Shown one piece after another: positions 17,835 through 26,038 of a stretch of DNA of 64,000 bases. Position 1 is the first letter of the stretch. Each line of letters starts with the position of its first letter. The translations under genes and the position numbers were made by a program. Under the pieces are notes generated by a model, which was not told the DNA's origin, ran no database searches, and saw only the letters and a list, made by a program, of their open reading frames with translations. Source of the DNA: an uncultured bacterium (GTDB lineage: Bacteria > Cyanobacteriota > Vampirovibrionia > Gastranaerophilales > Gastranaerophilaceae). The stretch spans positions 567-64,566 of the forward strand of contig CADCNV010000001.1 in NCBI GenBank assembly GCA_902802825.1, in the 5' to 3' direction.

Positions 17835-19244
17835 ATGTTAAATAAAATAGGAGCTTTTTTTGCAGAACCGCCTGCAGCAGAACCTATTCAGGATAGCGAA
17901 AAAGTCGCATCCATGTATAAACACTGGAGATGGAGAATTTTTTATTCAAGTTTTATTGCTTATGTAGTTTTCCATTTGTGCCGTAAAAATATGGCGGTTG
18001 CGTTGCCTGTTATGTCTACTGATTTGGGACTTTCCAATACTCAGCTCGGAATTTTGGGCTCTACTCTCTATATTACATACGGTATAGGGAAATTTATAAA
18101 TGGCGTTATTGCTGATAAATCAAATGTAAGAACGTTTTTACCGACAGCTTTGATTTTATCTGCTATTTGTAATATATGTTTTGTTTTAAGTGCATTATTT
18201 ATTACTCCGGGGAAAGTAAGTTTCTTTGGTTTACCTTCTGCAACTGTTTTGTTGTGGTTATTGGCTTTCTTCTGGGGCGCAAACGGTTGGTTCCAATCCT
18301 GCGGATTCCCTCCGGTTGCTAAAAGCTTATCATATTGGTTTTCAAATTCCGAGCGCGGAACAAAATGGTCAATTTGGTCTACATCTCACCAAATTGGGGT
18401 ATTTTCATCGGTTGCATTATCGGGCTTGATTATTGGTAAACTTGGTTGGATGGGTGCCTTTTACGTTCCTGCAATAATTTGTATAATTACAGGTATATGG
18501 TTATTTAATCGTTTGCGTGACAAGCCGCAATCTCTTGGTTTACCTGATATTGAAAAATATAATAATGAGCCGGTTAAAGTTGAAGTTGCTGATGAACAGG
18601 CAAATGTTTCTTATCTGCAAATTTTCAAAAAACATATTCTTTGCAATCCTATTATATGGATGCTTGCAATCGCCTATACTTTTGTTTACATAATCAGATT
18701 TGGTACGGAAGATTGGCTTGTTAAATATTTGGTTGAAGTAAAACATAATACTTTGCCGATTGCTAGTGCAAAGCTCAGTACATTGGCTCTTGTTGGTTCT
18801 GCCGGAGCAATTATGGCGGGGGTAATTTCCGATAAATTATGCAAAGGTAACAGAACCCCTGTTAATATAGTATTTTTAATTTTACTTGTTGCAAGTTTGT
18901 ATGCTTTTGCTATCAACCCTGCAAATAATGTTTTCTTAGAAATTTTAGATTATGTGTTTGCAGCGTTAATCGGGGTATTCACAGCAGGCCCTCAGATGCT
19001 GATTGGCGGACTTTGTGCAGTTGAAAGCAGTTCAAAACGTGTTGCCTCTGCTTCTATCGGCTTTACCGGGATATTTGGGTATATCGGTGCGGCGTTATCT
19101 GCAAGCGGTACAGGATATTTTGTTGATAAATTCGGCTGGAACGGTGCTATTTCATTCTGGATGGTTGCAACAGTAATTTGTGTTGTAATTTGTATAATAC
19201 TTTATATTTTTGAACAAATGAGAAAGAAAAAAGCTCAGGCGTAA
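17835..19244 (+). CDS. MFS transporter, organophosphate:Pi antiporter (GlpT/UhpC-like) family
   Basis: 469 aa, 12 TM segments. N-terminal YKHWRWRIFYSSFIAYVVFHLCRKN is typical of the OPA family. Confidence 0.7.
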   Translation: MLNKIGAFFAEPPAAEPIQDSEKVASMYKHWRWRIFYSSFIAYVVFHLCRKNMAVALPVMSTDLGLSNTQLGILGSTLYITYGIGKFINGVIADKSNVRTFLPTALILSAICNICFVLSALFITPGKVSFFGLPSATVLLWLLAFFWGANGWFQSCGFPPVAKSLSYWFSNSERGTKWSIWSTSHQIGVFSSVALSGLIIGKLGWMGAFYVPAIICIITGIWLFNRLRDKPQSLGLPDIEKYNNEPVKVEVADEQANVSYLQIFKKHILCNPIIWMLAIAYTFVYIIRFGTEDWLVKYLVEVKHNTLPIASAKLSTLALVGSAGAIMAGVISDKLCKGNRTPVNIVFLILLVASLYAFAINPANNVFLEILDYVFAALIGVFTAGPQMLIGGLCAVESSSKRVASASIGFTGIFGYIGAALSASGTGYFVDKFGWNGAISFWMVATVICVVICIILYIFEQMRKKKAQA

Positions 19245-19341
19245 TTTTAGAATAAAACATTAAATTGTACCATAGTCCAATTGATACATAATTTTTGTTT
19301 ATATATTCTTCAATTGTATTAATTTATATAGTGAGGAATGT

Positions 19342-19557
19342 ATGAAAAAATTATTATTAGCGGTTTTAAGTTTATTGTTTGTTGCAGGTTTTTCTGTATT
19401 TGTTTTTCATCCGGATAAAGCTTTTGGTCAATGCAGTCCAAACAGCGTTGAAAGATCAGGATGTTGTTCTCATCACGGAGGTGTTTGCGGATGCAATTCA
19501 TACTCCGGAAGGTTGCGCTGCTGCGATGGTACAACAAGCCCTTCTTGCGGTTGTTAA
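19342..19557 (+). CDS. Small exported Cys-rich protein
   Basis: Signal peptide ending AFG|Q. The mature ~43 aa carries 10 Cys (CCSHHGGVCGC...RCCDGTTSPSCGC). Confidence 0.6.
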   Translation: MKKLLLAVLSLLFVAGFSVFVFHPDKAFGQCSPNSVERSGCCSHHGGVCGCNSYSGRLRCCDGTTSPSCGC

Positions 19558-19560
19558 TAC

Positions 19561-19938
19561 ATGAAAAAAATCTTTGTTATATTATCTTTATTTCTTTATT
19601 CTGTGCCTGTTTGTGCAAAGCATTTGTATTCCGAAAAAGAATATCAGACGTATTGGTGCAATAAAGAAGGCGGTCAAACTGAATATATTCTTGATGATAA
19701 AGCAAGAGTCGATTGCTTATTACCTAATTATGCAGTAGAATTTGATTTTGCCCAAAAATGTGCTGAATGTATAGGGCAGGCACTATACTATGGCAAAAAA
19801 ACAAACAGAATCCCAACGTGTGTTTTGATTATGGAAAATTATTCTAATGATTTACGTTACCTGAACAGATTAAAATATGCTACGCAAAATCAAAAATTCT
19901 GCGTATATACAATTCAACCTGATGTTTTCTCAAAGTAA
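19561..19938 (+). CDS. Small exported hypothetical protein; possible PD-(D/E)xK-like motif
   Basis: Signal peptide, then RVDCLLPNYAVEFDFAQKCAECIGQALYYG. Starts 4 nt after the previous stop. Confidence 0.6.
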   Translation: MKKIFVILSLFLYSVPVCAKHLYSEKEYQTYWCNKEGGQTEYILDDKARVDCLLPNYAVEFDFAQKCAECIGQALYYGKKTNRIPTCVLIMENYSNDLRYLNRLKYATQNQKFCVYTIQPDVFSK

Positions 19939-19946
19939 GTTTTATA

Positions 19947-20175
19947 ATTCATTCTTGCATAATTGTTTTTCCCGTATTTCGTGCCTGTCTTGACCTGTTC
20001 GCAATAAACGTGACTCCGTGCCCTGCTCGTCTTGCTCATCGCAAGCCGACACTGGTACTTCGAACTCTGCTCGGAGCCCGCTCCTCGCATTAAACGGCAA
20101 CGCCTCCAATTAGCAAGAATATTCATTCTTGCATAATTGTCGGTCTGGTACTTTGTACCTGCCTCTGCTCGGAGC
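19947..20175. repeat. GC-rich hairpin-module mosaic C with a 20-bp perfect direct repeat
   Basis: attcattcttgcataattgt occurs at 19947-19966 and 20121-20140. ctctgctcggagc occurs twice. One module, cgtgccctgctcgtcttgctcatcgcaagccgacactggtacttc, is shared with 25975-26020. Confidence 0.65.
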
Positions 20176-20176
20176 T

Positions 20177-20206
20177 AAAAAAAAGTTGCCATTGAATAAC
20201 GGCAAC
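20177..20206 (-). terminator. Orphan terminator-like hairpin (minus-strand orientation)
   Basis: gttgcc / attgaataac / ggcaac preceded on the plus strand by an A8 run. No annotated minus-strand gene ends here. Confidence 0.4.
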
Positions 20207-20494
20207 ATTAAATAAACACGAGGATATTAAGAGAGAGAGTATAAAATAAACTTTTTTTAATTCTTAAATCCTTTTCACAAATATTTTAGATTTAATCTTT
20301 ATTTTCCCTGAATTGAAATTTGCATTTCCCTTACACTTATATAAAGTATTTTTGTTTTATGAAATTGCGTTTTTATATAAATGTTGTTAACAATTCTTAA
20401 ATAAAGCCGTTTTATAGATATTAAGTATATATTATTTATATAAAAAATATAAACAAATTGAGATTTAATCTTAATATTTAATTTAATAAATAAT

Positions 20495-20525
20495 AAAAAA
20501 AATCATGCTAAATAGCATGATTTTT
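20495..20525. terminator. Bidirectional intrinsic terminator after asd
   Basis: A-run, then aatcatgct / aaat / agcatgatt, then T-run. Confidence 0.75.
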
Positions 20526-20546
20526 AAGATAAGTTATTTTATTTTT

Positions 20547-21569
20547 TTAAAATAAACCCATTTCAATTACTTTTTGGCAAATTCTTACGGTATTAAGAGC
20601 CGCACCGATTCTCAAATTATCGGCAACGCACCAGAGAGAAATACCATTATTAAATGCCAGATTTTTTCTGATTCTGCCGACATAAACAGGGTCAACTCCC
20701 GAAGAGTCTTTTGTTGTAGGGTATTCGAAATTCTCCGGATTATCAATTACCTTGACGCCGAATGTATTTTGTAAAATACTGCGAATTTCACTCGGTTCCA
20801 CATTTTTTTCAAACTCAATATCAACGGCCTCAGAGTGACTGTTAAATACAGGTACCCTTGCGGCGGTACAGGAAATTGGTAAATCCGCATCAAGATGTAA
20901 AATCTTTTTCGTTTCATTTACAACTTTCATTTCTTCCTTTGTATAGCCGTTATCGCAAAATACATCTATTTGCGGTAAAACATTAAATGCAATTTCTTTT
21001 TTGAAGGCGTTTGGTTCAAATTTTTCGCCGTTTAGGGCTGCTTTTGTGTTATCTCTTAATTCATTTATTGCTTTGAGCCCTGCTCCTGAAACTGCCTGAT
21101 ATGTTGATACAATAAGTCTTTTTATTTTAAATCTTTCGTTAAGCGGTTTTAAAACAAGCATCAATTGTGAAGTTGAACAATTCGGGTTGGCAATTATTCC
21201 CTTGTGCAATCTGATATCATCTTCATTCGCACCAACAATTACCAAAGGTACTTCTTTTTCCATTCTGAATGCCGATGAGTTGTCAATTAAAACTCCTCCT
21301 CTTTTTACAATTTCAGGCGCAAATAATTTTGATGTTGTTCCCCCTGCAGAAGCCAATACAATATTTATTTCGTCAAAACTTTCCGGCTTGGCTTCTTCTA
21401 CGGTGTATTCTTTACCCTGAAAAGTAATTTTAGAACCGGCACTTTTTGCGCTCGATAGAAATTTTATTGTATTAAATTCAATTCCCAATTCATCAATAAT
21501 TTTTGTAATTTCTCGCCCGACAACCCCTGTTGCCCCTAAAATTGCTATATTCGGTTTGCGTTCTGTCAT
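20547..21569 (-). CDS. asd: Aspartate-semialdehyde dehydrogenase
   Basis: GATGVVG NAD(P) motif, NPNCST active-site Cys, 340 aa. Confidence 0.9.
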   Translation of the reverse strand: MTERKPNIAILGATGVVGREITKIIDELGIEFNTIKFLSSAKSAGSKITFQGKEYTVEEAKPESFDEINIVLASAGGTTSKLFAPEIVKRGGVLIDNSSAFRMEKEVPLVIVGANEDDIRLHKGIIANPNCSTSQLMLVLKPLNERFKIKRLIVSTYQAVSGAGLKAINELRDNTKAALNGEKFEPNAFKKEIAFNVLPQIDVFCDNGYTKEEMKVVNETKKILHLDADLPISCTAARVPVFNSHSEAVDIEFEKNVEPSEIRSILQNTFGVKVIDNPENFEYPTTKDSSGVDPVYVGRIRKNLAFNNGISLWCVADNLRIGAALNTVRICQKVIEMGLF

Positions 21570-21758
21570 ATCTTATAACCCTTTCTAATATGTCCTTTTT
21601 GATAATACTACAAGAATGAGGTTAATAGCGTATAAAATTAATAAATATTTACTCTAAGTTGTTATTTTTTTAAATTATTTTTGATTTGGTAATATCAGAC
21701 AATATAATTTGTTTTTTATATCTCATTATGGTAAAATCTGTATGTAAGAGAGGTTTTT

Positions 21759-22976
21759 ATGGCTGAAATTTTAAAATTGCAAAATGATGTTCAATTTATA
21801 TATAAACAAAATAAAAATACCCCCAGAATGGCTTTGTGCTTAAATTTTTCAATAAATCTGCCTGAAGAAATTCCGGGGATATATACTCTTATGGCTCGTT
21901 TATTGCTTCAGGGAACTAAAAAATATAATTCAGAGCAATTGGCAAATGAATTTGAAAAATATGCAATTGATTTTTCAAGCGAACTGTTTCCGAATTATTT
22001 GCGTGTAAAATTTGTTTGTCTAAATGAAGATTTTTCAAAAGCACTTGAATTAATGGATGATATTTTGAAAAATTCAACATTTGAAGAATTCGAAAAAGAA
22101 AAAATTAAACTTATCGGCGAAATTACAGCAGAACTCGATTCTCCCAGAACAGTTGCTATGGATGCATATTACAGTAAGATGTTTGAGGATCATTATTACA
22201 GCAATTCTTTGGTTCGTATACTTGATAATATAGAAAGAATTTCCAAAGATAATGTCATAAATGCCTTTAAGTATATTTTAAATAACAGCAAAAAAAGTCT
22301 TGCAGTAGTCGGGACTCTTGATAAGAACAAAATTTTTGACCAAATAAACAAATCATTGGGAACTCTGCCTATTTCGACAGCAAGTAATTTTATGATTCCT
22401 AAGCCCAAGCTTGATGTTGTGAAAACTGTCGAGAATACAAAATCGGATTTGAATCAGGCGCATATTATAAAAGGTTGGCTTCTTCCGACGTACGGAGAGC
22501 CGGATTATCCTGCTATCGTCTTATTGAATATTATATTGGGTTCATGCGGCCTAAGCTCAAGATTATTCCTCGAATTGCGTGATAAAAAAGGGCTTGCTTA
22601 TGTTGTCAGAAGTTCTTACGAAACATTTAAATATGCAGGGAATTTCATGATTTATATTGCAACGGCTCCGACCAATATTGATACCTGCCTGAGCGGCTTT
22701 GATGAAGAAATTAAAAAGATAAAAACCTATCCTGTTTCAGAAGAAGAACTTGAAAATGCAAAGACAAATATTGTCGGGAAATATGAATTTCTTGAAGAAA
22801 CTAATATTCAGCAGGCATGCTCTTATGCAAAATTTGATGTTTTGGGATTGGGATACAATTATACGGAAAATATTAAGCAGCAGGTTCAATCGGTATCTGC
22901 AGATGATATATTAAAATGTGCTCAAAAATATTTTGCGGATGATAAGTATGTTCTTTCAATTATTAAGCCGGAATAA
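21759..22976 (+). CDS. M16 (pitrilysin) family protein, non-catalytic type
   Basis: M16 fold-length ORF. The position of HxxEH reads YTLMAR, so the zinc motif is lost. Confidence 0.65.
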   Translation: MAEILKLQNDVQFIYKQNKNTPRMALCLNFSINLPEEIPGIYTLMARLLLQGTKKYNSEQLANEFEKYAIDFSSELFPNYLRVKFVCLNEDFSKALELMDDILKNSTFEEFEKEKIKLIGEITAELDSPRTVAMDAYYSKMFEDHYYSNSLVRILDNIERISKDNVINAFKYILNNSKKSLAVVGTLDKNKIFDQINKSLGTLPISTASNFMIPKPKLDVVKTVENTKSDLNQAHIIKGWLLPTYGEPDYPAIVLLNIILGSCGLSSRLFLELRDKKGLAYVVRSSYETFKYAGNFMIYIATAPTNIDTCLSGFDEEIKKIKTYPVSEEELENAKTNIVGKYEFLEETNIQQACSYAKFDVLGLGYNYTENIKQQVQSVSADDILKCAQKYFADDKYVLSIIKPE

Positions 22977-22990
22977 TATTAAATCAAATC

Positions 22991-23114
22991 TACGTTAACT
23001 ATATTTATAAGTAGTAGTTGAGAGATTAAAACTTTTTGCTTGTACACTTTTCTTTTGCCTCGCAAACAAAAGAAAAGAAATGAACATAACATACCTATAA
23101 ATATAGTTTATGTA
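22991..23114. mobile_element. Minimal (124-bp) member E of the tacataaa-TIR foldback family
   Basis: tacgttaactatatttataagtag (22991-23014) against atacctataaatatagtttatgta (23091-23114) as inverted repeats. Central cacttttcttttg...caaaagaaaag hairpin as at the ends of elements A and B. Confidence 0.6.
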
Positions 23115-23559
23115 TATTTTTGTAAACATTATTTTCAAATTAATCAATTTTTACCCTTGAGCTTTCTTTCGATATATGCAAAAGAAAAGAAAGCAGGTAA
23201 AAGATGTGTGCTGATTGTGTGTTAGTTCAAAATGAAGAATTTGATGAAAATATTGTTGAAAAATACAATTCTGAATTTCAGCAAAAACGAATTGAAGCTT
23301 CAATGATCGACATTGTTGAAAATTTAGAAAAATTATATTTTTTATAATTATAGGGCAGTAAGCCACTAAGTTACTGAGCCCCAGGGCTTTTTAGATTATT
23401 AATATCAGTATTATTTACTTTATTCCAATTAATGATACTTTCCATTTATTTTAGAAGTTTTTATTTTACAAAAAGTATCTTTGGATTAAAATATTGTTGT
23501 AAACTGATAAAATAGGTCGGCTTTGTTACGTCGGCAAAGTTAAATAAGGAGAAAGTTTT

Positions 23560-24366
23560 ATGAAAAAGGTTTTATTAAGTCTTTTTGTAGCAATAGCAAT
23601 TGCTATTCCTTCTGTGGCTGCTACAACTTACAATGCAGCTTCAAGAGTTCAGGAAATTGGTCAGAATTTATTAACAAAAAATGGTATTCCTGCTACAAAT
23701 ATTAAATTTATGGTTGTTTCTGATACTCCGAATAATTCAGAATTCATTTCAACAAAAGTTGTGAATGTATCAAGTTTAGAGCTTGCATTTGCAGGAAATG
23801 ATAATGAAGTTGCTGCTGTTGTTGCAAATGAACTTGGGCATATTATTTTTGGTCACAGTTCAAAAAATAAAGTAATGAGTTTGCTTCAATCCACAACCGA
23901 TACAAATATTAAAACATCAACAACAGTTCAGACTTTCGCTTCTAACTATCAAACAACAAAAGAAGATAAAGAAGCAGATTTGGTAGCTGTAAACCTGATG
24001 GTTGGTGCAGGATATAATCCACTGGCTGCAATTGTTGTTTATACAAAACAAACAGGTACTTATTGGGATACTATTGTAGGCCGTCCTGCAAACGCTGAAA
24101 AAGCTTTGAATATTTATGATTACATCGAGTATGTTTATCCTGCTAAATTGAAAGCCGGTTATGGCTGCAATGAATACAGAACATTTTTGGTTTATGCTCA
24201 AAGCGCAGCTGAAACAAGAAATGCTAATAAAAAATTAGCTAAAAAGCATGATAAAACATACAAAAAAGCACAAAAAACGACTGCAGATAAAATTGCCAAA
24301 TTCAAATTAAGAGGCGGAATCAGCGGTTGGGATGCTGTTTACGGCTTATTAAATACTGCTCAATAG
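23560..24366 (+). CDS. Secreted M48-like protein with a degenerate zinc motif
   Basis: Signal peptide. ANELGHIIFGH stands where HExxH is expected, with Asn replacing the first His. Lys-rich C-terminus. Confidence 0.55.
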   Translation: MKKVLLSLFVAIAIAIPSVAATTYNAASRVQEIGQNLLTKNGIPATNIKFMVVSDTPNNSEFISTKVVNVSSLELAFAGNDNEVAAVVANELGHIIFGHSSKNKVMSLLQSTTDTNIKTSTTVQTFASNYQTTKEDKEADLVAVNLMVGAGYNPLAAIVVYTKQTGTYWDTIVGRPANAEKALNIYDYIEYVYPAKLKAGYGCNEYRTFLVYAQSAAETRNANKKLAKKHDKTYKKAQKTTADKIAKFKLRGGISGWDAVYGLLNTAQ

Positions 24367-24391
24367 TTATATTGTTATAATTAGTAATAAA

Positions 24392-24445
24392 AGCGGGAAT
24401 TGAGATTCTGAAACAAGTTCAGAATGACAAAATTCCCGCTTTTTT
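24392..24445. terminator. Bidirectional terminator whose loop is the 28-nt hairpin repeat
   Basis: agcgggaatt [g + agattctgaaacaagttcagaatgacaa] aattcccgct ttttt, between convergent genes. Confidence 0.7.
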
Positions 24446-24465
24446 ATTTAAATTAATAATTTTAT

Positions 24466-24930
24466 TTATGCAAAATTTACACCCTTGCCACCATTTTCAT
24501 AAAATTCCTTTACTGCCTGTTTTTTACGAGCCAAATCTTCATACTTTTGATCAATTTTGCCCATTTCATAAGTGCCTTTTGTTGCTAAATAACCGACTGC
24601 AGCAAGTACAGGAAGTGCTATCATTCCTATAACCTTTGCTTTTCCGGGTAATTTTGCTAATTTTTCTGCTGCTTGCGGCGCTTTTTTAGCAATTTTTTCG
24701 GTGACTTTGTTGATAAATTTTAATGCTTTTTTATACAATGAAGGCTTTGTCAAAACTTTATAACCGGCATATATGCCACCGCCCATTATTAATGTATTTG
24801 CCGCATTATACTTAAAATTGTTTTTCATGTGCTCAACTGCACATTCTGTTCTGTTTGACAAATCCCCTTTGTCACTGCTTACAAGTGAGCCGATTACCGG
24901 CGAAATTGAATTGATAATAAATGATGTCAT
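24466..24930 (-). CDS. Hypothetical membrane-associated protein
   Basis: 154-aa ORF with two hydrophobic segments. No family recognised. Confidence 0.5.
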   Translation of the reverse strand: MTSFIINSISPVIGSLVSSDKGDLSNRTECAVEHMKNNFKYNAANTLIMGGGIYAGYKVLTKPSLYKKALKFINKVTEKIAKKAPQAAEKLAKLPGKAKVIGMIALPVLAAVGYLATKGTYEMGKIDQKYEDLARKKQAVKEFYENGGKGVNFA

Positions 24931-25165
24931 AGTACCTTTTCCTTTCTATTTTTTTTATTTTCCCTTACTCCTATATAAAAAAATAATAATAAGTAAAATT
25001 GTCATTAAATAAGAAATTAAATTGCATTAAATTGTAAAAAGTAATAGTATCAATGGTTTAGATAATTCACAAAACTTAATAAATATGTAATTTAGTTATG
25101 TATTTTGAGTAATAAAGATAATTTAATCACATTTAAAAATCTTAAAATATATGTAGTATAGTGAT

Positions 25166-25492
25166 ATGAACATAAAAAAAGAACTTGGCAGCAAAATTAA
25201 ACATTTAAGACAGAAAAAAGGTATAACGCAGGAACAGCTTGCTGAAATGGCTAATATTTCAACAAGAACTTTAGGCGGAATTGAAATTGGTAAGAATTTC
25301 ATGACTGCAGAAACTATGGGGAAGATTGTCAAATGTCTTGATATTTCTCTTGCAGAGCTTTTTGATGCTGAACATTTGCAGCCGACAAAAGTTCTTGTTC
25401 AGGATTTGCATGAAATGATAAATTCTATAAAAGACGATAGTGACAAGGTAAAAGAAGTTTATAAAGTTGTTAAGGCGCTGGTCTCGATTTAA
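25166..25492 (+). CDS. XRE-family helix-turn-helix transcriptional regulator
   Basis: LGSKIKHLRQKKGITQEQLAEMANISTRTLGGIE is an HTH_3-type sequence. Confidence 0.8.
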   Translation: MNIKKELGSKIKHLRQKKGITQEQLAEMANISTRTLGGIEIGKNFMTAETMGKIVKCLDISLAELFDAEHLQPTKVLVQDLHEMINSIKDDSDKVKEVYKVVKALVSI

Positions 25493-25522
25493 TTTTTTAA
25501 TTAATTGATAGGTATTACAACG

Positions 25523-25559
25523 ACAAAATCCCTCATACAAATCGAATGAGGGATTTTGT
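25523..25559. terminator. Bidirectional intrinsic terminator
   Basis: acaaaatccctcat / acaaatcga / atgagggattttgt. Confidence 0.75.
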
Positions 25560-25578
25560 GTAATTAATTTAAGTAAAA

Positions 25579-25806
25579 TTAATCGAATACGTAGCTGATT
25601 ATAGCTGCTTCTCTAGCTTGCTTGATAGCTTTTGCAATCATTCTCTGGTGTTTTGCACAGTTGCCTGTGATTCTTCTCGGAATGATTTTTCCTGCTTCTG
25701 TTAAGTATCTTCTTAATTTAGAAGCATCTTTGTAATCGATTGATTCGATTTTGTCAGCACATAATGAACAATTTTTGTGCTTTTTCTTATCGTCTGCTTT
25801 TGCCAT
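25579..25806 (-). CDS. rpsR: 30S ribosomal protein S18
   Basis: The start is reassigned to ATG 25806 (MAKADDKKK..., 75 aa). The listed extension to 25860 translates the upstream hairpin repeat. Confidence 0.9.
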   Translation of the reverse strand: MAKADDKKKHKNCSLCADKIESIDYKDASKLRRYLTEAGKIIPRRITGNCAKHQRMIAKAIKQAREAAIISYVFD

Positions 25807-25841
25807 GTTTCTATTTGCCTTTCTAGCCCTTATTATCTGTT

Positions 25842-25865
25842 GTTGGGCAAGTATGCCCAACCTAC
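25842..25865 (-). repeat. GTAGGTTGG-type hairpin (copy d) upstream of rpsR
   Basis: The minus strand reads gtag gttgggca tact tgcccaac. Confidence 0.75.
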
Positions 25866-25881
25866 CTTTCTTAATTTTTTA

Positions 25882-26038
25882 CATTGGCTTTCGCCTTTAT
25901 TCCGCCTGTGCAATCAAAGATTGCTTCGTTCGCTTCATTATCATTTCGCTCACAACGGCGGTGGTATTATGTTTCGTGCCCTGCTTGTCTTGCTAATCGC
26001 AAGCCAACACCGGCACTTCACATCGGCTTTCGCCTTTA
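25882..26038. repeat. GC-rich hairpin-module insert D between ssb and rpsR, bounded by an 18-bp direct repeat
   Basis: cat(t/c)ggctttcgccttta occurs at 25882-25899 and 26021-26038. The second copy contains the ssb stop codon. The interior shares a ~45-nt module with element C. Confidence 0.65.

Noticed and set aside
25807-25860. N-terminal extensions of rpsR (MGILAQQQIIRARKANRN) and of ssb (26450..26476, MPTTIKEVY) in the ORF track.
   Set aside because: The extensions translate the GTAGGTYGG hairpin and the SD region. The internal ATGs give canonical S18 (75 aa) and SSB N-termini, each with an SD-like purine stretch upstream (clear for ssb, weak for rpsR).
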